Shown here: one piece after another, positions 9,887-19,001 of the stretch | Numbering within the stretch: position 1 is the first letter of the stretch | Layout of the letters: each line of letters starts with the position of its first letter | Assembly (NCBI GenBank): GCA_016207165.1 | Contig: JACQQD010000011.1 | Span: 6,515 to 70,514 of the forward strand | Length of the DNA stretch: 64,000 nucleotides | Source: Candidatus Micrarchaeota archaeon | GTDB taxonomy: Archaea > Micrarchaeota > Micrarchaeia > Norongarragalinales > Norongarragalinaceae | Reading direction: 5' to 3' | Made by a program: the position numbers and the translations under genes | Notes under the pieces: model-generated | Told to the model about the DNA's origin: nothing | The model's database searches: none | The model's input: the letters and a program-made list of their open reading frames with translations, nothing else

Positions 9887-10671
9887 GAAACCCGCCCCAG
9901 AAACGATTCATGCGACACGGGTATAGCGGCTTTCCAGTCCAAGCACCGCTTGACTTCGTCCCCGCGAAGCAACCGCACCGGCGCGTTGAGCGCATTGGCC
10001 ACCACGGCCTTCAATTCCCTTGCCTGCAAACGCACCCGCTCCGCGGCCTGGGCCTCCGAAAAACCCGAAGCCGTAGTCGAGACAAAGTACACCACGTCCA
10101 ACGGCTTCTGCCCCTGCGCCAACTTGTCCAACAACCCCGAAAACATGGAGAGTTTCCGCTCCTCACGCGCCACCGCCGACACGTCGGGTTTCGGCGACTT
10201 CTTTAACCGGCTCAACAAAAGCTCCGACTCCAAGCGCTTGGTCAAAACCGATTCCCGGTACTTTTCCACGTCCAAGCCGAACACCAATACGCTAAACTGC
10301 GCCGGAAACGTCAACGCCGACAGCGCCTGCTCAAACGACGCGGCATACGACGCCGTCTTCTCGGGCGAAGCAGACGACGGGCAATGCGACACGTCCACCT
10401 CCAAGAACGCGGACGACAAGAAACGGTCGCCATCCGGCAAAACGGCGACTTCGTCCAGCAACCGCCACGAACCCCGCGTCTCCACCACATGCGCTTTCTT
10501 CAGAAACGCCGGAAGCAGCACATCGCCAAACCGCTGCACCGCCACCGCGAAGAAAAACAAGAGTGATGAAAAAACCAAGGCGACAAGGCTACCGGCGACC
10601 AGGGCCAACACCACGCACAGCCCTCCCCCTCCAAGGCACGCCAACAGCGCGTCCTTGGGCTTCAACTCCAT
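9883..10671 (-). CDS. membrane-anchored protein of transfer-like operon
   Basis: N-terminal TM helix, then ~200 aa soluble domain. In-operon overlap with both neighbours. Confidence 0.4.
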   Translation of the reverse strand: MELKPKDALLACLGGGGLCVVLALVAGSLVALVFSSLLFFFAVAVQRFGDVLLPAFLKKAHVVETRGSWRLLDEVAVLPDGDRFLSSAFLEVDVSHCPSSASPEKTASYAASFEQALSALTFPAQFSVLVFGLDVEKYRESVLTKRLESELLLSRLKKSPKPDVSAVAREERKLSMFSGLLDKLAQGQKPLDVVYFVSTTASGFSEAQAAERVRLQARELKAVVANALNAPVRLLRGDEVKRCLDWKAAIPVSHESFLGRVS

Positions 10672-11606
10672 AACACGACCTCCGACGCGAGCGCCTTATA
10701 GAGAGAGCGCACGAACAGGAACACGACTCCCAAATTGAACAACGGAAAAAACGTCGTCTGCACCACCAACTCGGCGACCAGCTTAGCCAAGTTGGACAAC
10801 GCGTCCACGGCCTGGTTCCACAACGAATTCGCCGCCGACGTCAACAAACTGACCACGAAGTTGCCCAGCGACGCCGCATCCAAGAAATTCAGGGTCTCCA
10901 AGGGAAACGCTTCGTTGAACTCTTTGAGCGACTCCGTGTACACGTCGATGGAGGACGCCATTTTTTCCATGGCCGCCGCGTTGAATACGAACGTCAACGG
11001 GAAAACGAAATACAGCCCCACAGCCAACGCCATCATGAACGCGCCCACCGGACGCGTCAAAGAAAAAGAGCGAAGCACCACGCCCACGGGCAAAAAGTAG
11101 TACATCATGGTCGCTTGAATGAAAACCAGCAAGTAGATTTGAACCAGGTTCGTCAGCGACACGAACGACAACGCACTCAAAATGAATTTGGCCTGGCCCA
11201 ACTGGGCATCCAAGCCCGCCAACGGCCTGCCCGAAATCCCCACCCCCACCGGAGCGATGCTGACTTGCACGTCCTGCAACGCCGCCAACATCAACGTGAA
11301 CACCGTCAACTGGGCAGAGGCCTGGGCAATGTTCTGGTTCACGCCATTGAGATACGTGCCCGCAAACACGATGGGCTCCTGGCCGCCGGCGAGGTCCGTG
11401 GAGAGCGACTGCAACGCCAGGGAACCGGCCAAAAGCCCGCCCACCAAAACACCGGAGACCACGACCTGCATGAACTCCGCCCGCGCCCACACACGCAACC
11501 GGCGGAGGTCAAACACGCTGGCAAAAGCAAACAGGACCCCAACAACCAAAAGACTCAACGTGACGGCGGAGACGGCCACCGGCTGCCAACCGGACACGAA
11601 CTCCAT
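10662..11606 (-). CDS. polytopic membrane protein (VirB6/TrbL/CedA-like topology)
   Basis: 314 aa with about six predicted TM helices. Located between the small 2-TM protein and the ATPase. Confidence 0.45.
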   Translation of the reverse strand: MEFVSGWQPVAVSAVTLSLLVVGVLFAFASVFDLRRLRVWARAEFMQVVVSGVLVGGLLAGSLALQSLSTDLAGGQEPIVFAGTYLNGVNQNIAQASAQLTVFTLMLAALQDVQVSIAPVGVGISGRPLAGLDAQLGQAKFILSALSFVSLTNLVQIYLLVFIQATMMYYFLPVGVVLRSFSLTRPVGAFMMALAVGLYFVFPLTFVFNAAAMEKMASSIDVYTESLKEFNEAFPLETLNFLDAASLGNFVVSLLTSAANSLWNQAVDALSNLAKLVAELVVQTTFFPLFNLGVVFLFVRSLYKALASEVVLWS

Positions 11607-11607
11607 G

Positions 11608-11922
11608 TCAGATGCCCGTCAACCACGACACCAGCGTCGGCGCCACGTTGCCCACGATCACGGCGATGGCGCCCCCTACGCCCACGCGCTGGGCCCATGA
11701 CTTCATGCGCGCGTTCAATTCGTACGAGCCGGCCATCGCGCCAAAAGCGTACAAGCCTCCAGCCAACAAAATGGCGAACAACCCCAACGTCGGCAGAACC
11801 GTCTGCAACAACGACACCAATTCCTGAATCTGCGTTTCCACGGCCATTCCAAGACCACCTCGGTCTTGGTCAGCCGAAAAGCCGTAAAAAACGTTGGGTG
11901 GAAAAAAAATCAACTGATACAT
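11608..11922 (-). CDS. small 2-TM hairpin protein (VirB2/CedA1-like)
   Basis: 104 aa with two hydrophobic helices separated by a short loop. First gene of the operon. Confidence 0.4.
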   Translation of the reverse strand: MYQLIFFPPNVFYGFSADQDRGGLGMAVETQIQELVSLLQTVLPTLGLFAILLAGGLYAFGAMAGSYELNARMKSWAQRVGVGGAIAVIVGNVAPTLVSWLTGI

Positions 11923-11961
11923 CCGGAACCTGTTTTTAGAAGAAAAAGAGGATGCGGAAAT

Positions 11962-12372
11962 TCAAAGCATGGCTGCGAGATCCTTGGTCTTAAATACGCG
12001 GACCAGGCGTTGCCGCTCAAAATGCCGGTCATCCGACCATATACCGTCCACCCTGACCGCTAAGGCCGCCGCCAAAAACGGCGAGTCCTTTGGATCAACT
12101 GCATCCAAAGCAGCGCGGGCGGCTCCCATGAATGGCTTTAACTCGGAGGCCTCCAGAAACAAAAGCCGAGAAAACATGAGTTCACGCAGGGCCTCAAAAT
12201 CAGGTCGGGACAGCCCCGATTTTCGCCGCAGCTCTTGCTCATACTTAGACAACTCCGAGCGCATCAAGCCAATCGAGAAAAACCGAAACTTCTTCGAGAA
12301 CAAAACCCGCCGCGAAAACGAATCGCGTAGAAGCGCCGCGATGAACCGGTTTGAATCAACGACGAGCCTCAT
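11962..12372 (-). CDS. PIN-domain ribonuclease (VapC-like toxin)
   Basis: N-terminal 'LVVDSN' acidic motif typical of PIN. 136 aa. Overlaps the upstream small gene. Confidence 0.55.
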   Translation of the reverse strand: MRLVVDSNRFIAALLRDSFSRRVLFSKKFRFFSIGLMRSELSKYEQELRRKSGLSRPDFEALRELMFSRLLFLEASELKPFMGAARAALDAVDPKDSPFLAAALAVRVDGIWSDDRHFERQRLVRVFKTKDLAAML

Positions 12373-12596
12373 TCCAAACGCTTCCGGATGTCCGCCTTCA
12401 GCTTGTTGCCAATTCGCTCCACATCGGCCTCCGTCAGCGTGCTTTTCTCCAGCAACTGGTCCATCATGTCCAAGACCTCAATTTCCTTGGCAAACGCGCG
12501 GCGGGCGATCTCGCTCCATTTAATTTCCGAATGCGGCCGCATTTTCGCCAGCAAATCATCCGGAATCGACAACGTCATGTTACCCATTTCAAACAC
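12369..12596 (-). CDS. putative antitoxin (VapB-like)
   Basis: 75 aa. 4-bp overlap with the PIN gene. Small DNA-binding-like N-terminus. Confidence 0.4.
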   Translation of the reverse strand: MFEMGNMTLSIPDDLLAKMRPHSEIKWSEIARRAFAKEIEVLDMMDQLLEKSTLTEADVERIGNKLKADIRKRLE

Positions 12597-12731
12597 CCTA
12601 TATTTGAATTACGTGTTTACACATAAATACGTTTTGGGCGTTTGAGTGAAACGGGATTTGCAACGGAAAAAACGTTCGGTAGAAAAAAAATCAACTCGAA
12701 TACAGGAAACGGCCCGGCCGAAGAAGAAAAA

Positions 12732-14075
12732 TCAGTTTCCCAATTCGGCGTCAATAACGGATTTGAACGCCGAATACGGCTGCGCGCCCACCAGGGTCTG
12801 GCCATTGATGACGAAGCTGGGAGTGCCAGAAATTCCGGCGGAAACGCCTTCGCGGTAATCCGCGGCTACCGAATCCTTGTACTTGCCCGAATCCAGGCAC
12901 GCGTCAAAAGCCGTGCCGTCCAAACCGATTTCGCGCGCCCATGCCTTCAAATCGTCCACCGAGTAATTCACGGTAGTAGTACCTGAACTGTCCGCATTCT
13001 GTTCGCCAAACATTTTGTCATGCATCTGCCAATACTTGCCCTGGTCGCCGGCACACCGCGCCGCTTCGGAGGAGACGTGCGCCATGGGATGAAAACTCAA
13101 GGGAAAGTCCTTGAAGTAAAAACGAACTTTGCCGGAATCAATGTAATCGCCTTGAATCAGCGGAAGCGTTTCCGCGTAAAACCTCCGGCAAAAAGGACAT
13201 TGGTAATCCGAAAACTCCACCACGATGACGGGTGCATCCGCACGCCCCCTCATCCCGGCGTACGTCGAAATCAAGTCACGGGCGTGAACCGAAGGGCGAA
13301 GCGTGGGACTGGGCGTTGGCGTCGGGGAAACCGGCAACCCCAGTTCCCGGCGAATCGCGGCGTCAAACGCCTCGGAAGGCTGGGCGCCCACCAAGGCCTT
13401 TGCGTTGATGTAAAACGTCGGCGTCCCCGATATTCCGAGGTCAACCGCTTCCTCAACCTGCTGCTCCACGCGGCCCGCGTACTTGCCGGAATCAAAACAG
13501 GAATCAAACAATTCCCGGTTCAAGCCCAACTCGGACGCGAAGTCCTTGAAAACGGTTCGGGCGTTCAACCGCGACTGGTCCCTGAGGACCTTGTCGTGGT
13601 AATCCCAAAACCGGGTTTGTTCGTGAGCGCAGTACGCCGCTTCGGCGGCTTCGCGGGCGCGTTCATGGAACGACAACGGAAAGGGACGGTATTGGAACCG
13701 GACTTGGCCGGATTGAATGTACGTTCCCACCACCGAGTAAAACGACGCGTCATAGAATTGCTTGGTGAACCGGTCCTGCAAATCCTCGTACGCCACGATG
13801 ACCACCGGCGCTTGATCGCTTCCCAACTCCGGCTCGACCCAATCGGATTCGGAAAGCACGGGACGCGGCGTTGAAGTGGTGGAAGGCGACCCGGCCGCCG
13901 AAGGCGTTTCCTCGGTTATCGGCACCGGCGTTTGGGTGGCCGCCGAAGGCGTGGACGTGCCTTGCGGCAGGACGAAGTCCGTTCGCGCCACGTCCAACGG
14001 GTCCGGACGGCCGGACTCGATGCAACCCAATAGCAATACGGCCAACACGAGACTGGCCAGCATGAAAAAACGCAT
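12732..14075 (-). CDS. tandem DsbA-like thioredoxin-fold lipoprotein
   Basis: Lipobox 'LLLGC' after a signal peptide. Two DsbA-like domains: the first has CxxC ('CPFCRRFY'), the second has a degenerate active site. Thr/Pro-rich linker. Start trimmed to an internal Met. Confidence 0.6.
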   Translation of the reverse strand: MRFFMLASLVLAVLLLGCIESGRPDPLDVARTDFVLPQGTSTPSAATQTPVPITEETPSAAGSPSTTSTPRPVLSESDWVEPELGSDQAPVVIVAYEDLQDRFTKQFYDASFYSVVGTYIQSGQVRFQYRPFPLSFHERAREAAEAAYCAHEQTRFWDYHDKVLRDQSRLNARTVFKDFASELGLNRELFDSCFDSGKYAGRVEQQVEEAVDLGISGTPTFYINAKALVGAQPSEAFDAAIRRELGLPVSPTPTPSPTLRPSVHARDLISTYAGMRGRADAPVIVVEFSDYQCPFCRRFYAETLPLIQGDYIDSGKVRFYFKDFPLSFHPMAHVSSEAARCAGDQGKYWQMHDKMFGEQNADSSGTTTVNYSVDDLKAWAREIGLDGTAFDACLDSGKYKDSVAADYREGVSAGISGTPSFVINGQTLVGAQPYSAFKSVIDAELGN

Positions 14076-14226
14076 ACGCAAAATCTCGGAGTTCCACTCT
14101 TTTAAAGCCTTCAACGCCCTGTTTGTCCCCCAGCCTAAATCTTTAAATGAATTCCCAGCCCAAATGCCAACGCCATATAGCAATCCGGGAAACTTTCTTG
14201 GTTTGCTATAACGAAGAGACATTTTC

Positions 14227-15180
14227 TTGAGGTGGATGAAATTCATGCAAGCGCAAATGCTCCAAACCAGGCCCAAACCCGCATGGCCCCGGGAACTATT
14301 GATTTTGGCTTTTGACCACCGCGGCTCCTTCAAGCAAAAACTCCTCGGCTTTCCGGAACCCCTTTCACCGGAACAACTCCAGAAAGCCATTGACCTGAAA
14401 ACCATGATTTACGAAGGCTTCCAGAAAGCCATCCAGATGGGCGTACCCAAACATAAAGCCGGAATGCTGTTGGACGAAGAAATGGGCGAGAAAAACCTCA
14501 AAGACGCCAAAACCAAAGGCTACACCGTGATTTGCCCCGCCGAGAAAAGCGGGCAAGACGAATTCGATTTCGAATACGAGAACTGGAAGGACCACATCCG
14601 CCAAATCGACGCCACCTTCTGCAAGGTTTTGGTGCGGTACAACCCCGAATCCGACTCCAAACTTAACGCTCGCCAAGCCGCCCGCCTCAAAGAACTTGGC
14701 GCGTTTCTGAAATCCATCGGCAAACTCTACCTCATTGAACCCCTGGTGCCGGCCACCGACTCGCAACTCAAGCAACTGGGAGGAGACAAAGCCAAATACG
14801 ACTCGGAACTCCGCCCCAAACTCATGGTTGAAATGATGCGCGAACTCCAAGACTTCGGGGTGGAGCCGGACGTGTGGAAACTGGAGGGCGTCGACCGGCC
14901 TCAAGACGCCCAAGCGTTAGTCAACCAAGCCCGGTTCGGCGGACGCAACGCCGGCATCGTGACGCTTGGGAGAGGCGAATCCAAGGAAAAAGTCGCGGAA
15001 TGGCTGAAAGTGGGGGCCCACATCGAAGGCATCAACGGATTTGCCATTGGTCGAACCATCTTCATGGACGCCTTGAAAGGCTTTTTGGAAGGCAAACTCA
15101 GCCGCCAGCAAGCCGTCCAAAAAATCGCTTCCACCTACAAGGAATTCGTGGATTTGTGGGAAAGCGAGAGAAAAAAATAA
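14227..15180 (+). CDS. DUF2090-type TIM-barrel aldolase-like protein (candidate class I aldolase)
   Basis: 'LAFDHRGSF' N-terminal motif of the DUF2090 family, which is fused to IolC kinases in bacteria. Adjacent to fbp. Confidence 0.4.
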   Translation: MRWMKFMQAQMLQTRPKPAWPRELLILAFDHRGSFKQKLLGFPEPLSPEQLQKAIDLKTMIYEGFQKAIQMGVPKHKAGMLLDEEMGEKNLKDAKTKGYTVICPAEKSGQDEFDFEYENWKDHIRQIDATFCKVLVRYNPESDSKLNARQAARLKELGAFLKSIGKLYLIEPLVPATDSQLKQLGGDKAKYDSELRPKLMVEMMRELQDFGVEPDVWKLEGVDRPQDAQALVNQARFGGRNAGIVTLGRGESKEKVAEWLKVGAHIEGINGFAIGRTIFMDALKGFLEGKLSRQQAVQKIASTYKEFVDLWESERKK

Positions 15181-15275
15181 CCGCCGATTAAAGCGCACGC
15201 CCCGCTTCCCAGAGCCCCGTAAATCCCTCACCTATTTAAAAGCGTGCATCCGGTACACCCTCGGGAAAACCAAGC

Positions 15276-16157
15276 ATGGGCGGATTGGACGGATTGAAAA
15301 AGGCATTGAAGGGCCAAAACCCACAAATGACGTTCATCACAGAAACGCCGCAAACCCAAGACGAATGGATTGACTTTTCCAACCGGGAAAAAATCACGTT
15401 ACTCTCCAATCGCGCATTCGACGAAAAAGTCGTCCAAACCGACGCGTGGACCCGCCAATTCTACGGCAAAGAAATCCCGTTCAACCCCAGTTACCGCGGA
15501 GACTCTGTGTGGACCGGCACGCTTCTGGCCTACACCAAACCCGATATCTCCTTTGCCGCGGCCACGCAGGACGACGTGAACGCCCAATCCATCCTGGAAG
15601 CCTCCAAGAAACGCGACGGCACGTACCTGACGCACGTGGACCGCGACAGCCGCACGGCGTACCTCATGAAAATTCCGGAAAAACACGAAAACCTCCGGAA
15701 CGCCGCACTATCCGTCGACCACGGCTTTGACGCACAACGCCCGAACTTTGAACTCAAGGAATTGGGTCGCACCGTAATCCGGAGATACTTTGAAAACCCG
15801 GAATCCTACCGGGAACTGGACCGCGACATCCCGCAACCCGAAGACCCCCACATCCGATACATCCGGTATACCCTCAAAGAGATACGCGTAACAGACGAAT
15901 CTCAAATCCGAGCCACCGCCTTCCCAAAAGAGGATGGATGGTACTTTTGCGATGAAAAGACGGGCATCCCCACGGGCACGCCCCAAGACCACAACGACCC
16001 GAAGACGCGTTACTTGAAGAGGAAAGAACACCGAATCGGGTTGGTGGCCCGCACCGGCCATTACCTGCGTCCAGAGGAAATGCGCGTGGTTTACTGCGAC
16101 GCCTTGACGTGGGACAAGAAAAAGGCGTTGGCGGAAGCCCGGCCAAGCAAAAACTAA
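15276..16157 (+). CDS. hypothetical protein (293 aa)
   Basis: Intact ORF between the aldolase-like gene and fbp. No motif recognised. Confidence 0.35.
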   Translation: MGGLDGLKKALKGQNPQMTFITETPQTQDEWIDFSNREKITLLSNRAFDEKVVQTDAWTRQFYGKEIPFNPSYRGDSVWTGTLLAYTKPDISFAAATQDDVNAQSILEASKKRDGTYLTHVDRDSRTAYLMKIPEKHENLRNAALSVDHGFDAQRPNFELKELGRTVIRRYFENPESYRELDRDIPQPEDPHIRYIRYTLKEIRVTDESQIRATAFPKEDGWYFCDEKTGIPTGTPQDHNDPKTRYLKRKEHRIGLVARTGHYLRPEEMRVVYCDALTWDKKKALAEARPSKN

Positions 16158-16169
16158 ATAGGCCACCCC

Positions 16170-17072
16170 TTGCACAAACACCCTTACGTGATAAACCCCA
16201 TGCAGGAACTCTTCGACCACATTCAAAAGGACTCCAACGAAAAACTCGCCAAACTCCTAACCGCCATCGCCAAAACCTCGATTGATTTCCGCATCGAGTT
16301 CCCACACCGGCTGGGTTTTTCCGAAGGCGAAAACAAGTACGGCGAACAACAACTCAAACTGGACGCCTGGAGCAACCAGTACCTCGTCGACCGGCTCAAC
16401 GAAACAGGACTGGTCAAGAAAATGTACTCCGAGGAACTGGACGAACCCGTGTCCGGAATGCCGAACGCGCCTTACGTGGTCTGCTTCGACCCGCTGGACG
16501 GCTCCTCGAACATCAAATCCAACAACACCTGCGGCACCATTGTTTCGATTTACGAAAACGACCTCGGCAAAGGATCCGAGCAAGTCGCCGCCCTCTACAA
16601 ATTGTACGGACCGGTCACGTCCCTGACGTACACCGTCGGCCAGGGAGTCCACGAATTCGTTCTCCAACAAAAGACCGGTGAAGACCACTTCGTGCTATCC
16701 AAAGAAAACATGAAATTGCCAGAGCCCGGAAAAGTCTACGGAATTGGTGGAAAGAAAGCCGAGTGGACGCCCAAACTCCGGCAATGGGTGGACGGATTGG
16801 AATCAAAAGGATTGAAACTCCGCTACTCGGGCACGTTAGTCGCGGACTTCAACCAAGTCATGCACTACGGCGGCCTATTCGCCTACCCGAAAGCCAAACT
16901 CCGCTTGACGTACGAAGCCAAACCCATGGCGCTTCTTATCGAACAGGCCGGCGGTTCATCCACAAACGGCGTCAAGAGCATCTTGGACGTGGTGGACGAA
17001 GTCGACGCGCGCACGCCCCTGTTCTTGGGCAACAAGAACCTCATCGCGGAAGTCGAAAAACTCAACGAATAA
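16170..17072 (+). CDS. fbp: fructose-1,6-bisphosphatase class I
   Basis: FBPase class 1 motifs 'VCFDPLDGSSNI' and 'GTIVSIY'. ~300 aa. Confidence 0.8.
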   Translation: MHKHPYVINPMQELFDHIQKDSNEKLAKLLTAIAKTSIDFRIEFPHRLGFSEGENKYGEQQLKLDAWSNQYLVDRLNETGLVKKMYSEELDEPVSGMPNAPYVVCFDPLDGSSNIKSNNTCGTIVSIYENDLGKGSEQVAALYKLYGPVTSLTYTVGQGVHEFVLQQKTGEDHFVLSKENMKLPEPGKVYGIGGKKAEWTPKLRQWVDGLESKGLKLRYSGTLVADFNQVMHYGGLFAYPKAKLRLTYEAKPMALLIEQAGGSSTNGVKSILDVVDEVDARTPLFLGNKNLIAEVEKLNE

Positions 17073-17098
17073 AACCATTCCCCCGCCCAAACCCATTC

Positions 17099-17617
17099 GT
17101 GAACCACCTGGAATCCGCCCACGCCCGCCGGCTGGATGAACCCATTCCCGAACTGGTCCGACGCCGCGACCACCTCCTACTTAAAACCCGGTTGGCTACT
17201 GGAGCGAAAGCCAGCGAAACCGGGGCCAAAAAACAAACCGGCCTGCACGTGGCCGCGGAAACCGGTGACACCATCGCCGCCGACCACCTGCTTAAACACG
17301 GCGGAGACGCCAACCAACGCGACGAAAACGACGACACGCCCTTGCTGATTGCTGTACAACAAGGGCACGTCCCGCTTGTCGAACGATTCAGGGACCACAA
17401 AGGAAACCCGACACTGGCCAACAAACAGGGATTGAACGCCTACGACTTAGCCAAAAAACACCCGTTGCCCAAGCGCTTGAAACTTTTAGCCGCCCTGTCA
17501 CCCCGCGACCCCCGGCCATCCCGCCTGGTGTTGGCCATGACGCGGCCCGCCATCGCGGCCCTGGTAAGCCTTGACAAGAAAATCAGCGCGCTGCGCCGGC
17601 GCATCAAGAACCGCTAG
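17099..17617 (+). CDS. ankyrin-repeat protein
   Basis: Ankyrin-repeat consensus ('TGLHVAAETGDTIAADHLLKHGGDANQRDENDDTPLLIAVQQGHVPLVE'). Start set at an in-frame GTG after the fbp stop; the upstream ORF extension overlaps fbp. Confidence 0.45.
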   Translation: MNHLESAHARRLDEPIPELVRRRDHLLLKTRLATGAKASETGAKKQTGLHVAAETGDTIAADHLLKHGGDANQRDENDDTPLLIAVQQGHVPLVERFRDHKGNPTLANKQGLNAYDLAKKHPLPKRLKLLAALSPRDPRPSRLVLAMTRPAIAALVSLDKKISALRRRIKNR

Positions 17618-18263
17618 ACTGCAGGCCCTCGATCTTGAACCACCCATGCTCCCGCGCGTGCGAAGCCAAGTCCAAAACCATTTTCCCGAGCACCAAAACC
17701 AACGCCGGCAAACCCAAAATCGCGCCGAAAATCACGGCCACGTGCATGAGGATGACCCGCGGGTACGGTGCCGCCATCAACGACTTGGGTTCCGCCTCCA
17801 AATACTCCCGCCGGTCCAAAAAGTTGACCACGAACGAATATCCGTGGCTCAAAAAGTACGCGGCACCCCCAACGACTACCGACGCCAAAACGCCAAACGG
17901 GTCCGCATCGGACACCAAGAAAAACAACAAGAACATGAGGTGCACCAGCATGAAGATGCCGAAGTGAATGACGAAAAAACCGATGGAAAACAAACGCGAC
18001 GCCTGAAACACGGCAAACGCCGCGCCCGCGAAAAACGTACCCGCCAAGCCGTCCGGCGCGTCAAAGCGTTCCGGCTTGGCCAACAACATCTTCAGAACGG
18101 TGTAAAAGCCGATGACCGCGGACTCCGCCCAAAACAGAAGCAAAACGCTGGCCTGCGACCAGCCCAAGAAAAGCACGCCAAACAAAGGAACCACGTTGGC
18201 CGCCAGAAGCACCCACACGGACGGCTTCTGCGAAACTCCCTTCAACAACGACGCGACGTCCAT
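17604..18263 (-). CDS. polytopic membrane protein (hypothetical)
   Basis: 219 aa with about six hydrophobic helices. Confidence 0.4.
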   Translation of the reverse strand: MDVASLLKGVSQKPSVWVLLAANVVPLFGVLFLGWSQASVLLLFWAESAVIGFYTVLKMLLAKPERFDAPDGLAGTFFAGAAFAVFQASRLFSIGFFVIHFGIFMLVHLMFLLFFLVSDADPFGVLASVVVGGAAYFLSHGYSFVVNFLDRREYLEAEPKSLMAAPYPRVILMHVAVIFGAILGLPALVLVLGKMVLDLASHAREHGWFKIEGLQSSGS

Positions 18264-18347
18264 CAGCCAAAAAACCTACGCAACGGAAGAAAATAAATCA
18301 ACCCAATCCTTAAATATTGCAATAATTAATTGCAATAACGAGTCACC

Positions 18348-18563
18348 ATGGCAACCTACATCAACCTGCCGGTAACGCCGGACGTCAAGCAGATCATCGA
18401 CGAATACCGACGCGAGCACGGCCTGAAAAGCTACAGTGAAACCCTTCGGAAAATCTTCAAGAAAACACGAAAAGGAAACATCTTTCTGATGGACGACATG
18501 CGAGGCATACTCAAAGGCACACCCGATTTTGTGAGGGACAAGCGTGACCGTCATTTTGATTGA
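18348..18563 (+). CDS. putative antitoxin (VapB-like)
   Basis: 71 aa. Overlaps the downstream PIN gene. Preceded by an ATTGCAAT-AATTA-ATTGCAAT operator-like repeat. Confidence 0.45.
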   Translation: MATYINLPVTPDVKQIIDEYRREHGLKSYSETLRKIFKKTRKGNIFLMDDMRGILKGTPDFVRDKRDRHFD

Positions 18564-18948
18564 CACCAGTACCCTCATTCGCTTCTACAAAAACGAACTG
18601 GACGAAAAAACCGAAGGAGCGCTCAGGAAAGGCATTTCCGGCATCAGCATCATGACCTACTTCGAAATCATTCGTTGGCTGCTGAAAGTCCACCGCGCCA
18701 ACGAAAGACCGTACTTCATCCAACGAATGCAAGAAACATTCGACATCATTCCGCTGAGCCTGGCCATCTGCGAACACGCCGCCCAAATCGCGCACTCCGA
18801 TTCATTTTCCACCGCCGACGCCCTCATCTACGCCACCGCCCTTGAAAACGGCATAAAACTGATGACTTCCGATACCGACTTGAAAGGCAAACCCGGCGTC
18901 ATCTTTGCCCCCCGCAGGAACCGAACTCCAGTATCGGACGCCCAATAA
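18544..18948 (+). CDS. PIN-domain toxin (VapC-like)
   Basis: 'ILIDTSTLI' N-terminal PIN motif. 134 aa. Confidence 0.6.
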   Translation: MTVILIDTSTLIRFYKNELDEKTEGALRKGISGISIMTYFEIIRWLLKVHRANERPYFIQRMQETFDIIPLSLAICEHAAQIAHSDSFSTADALIYATALENGIKLMTSDTDLKGKPGVIFAPRRNRTPVSDAQ

Positions 18949-19001
18949 GCCTTTAATAAGGGCATTGGCCACAAGCCGTAAAACGCGTTTTTTCGGTTCT
19001 C

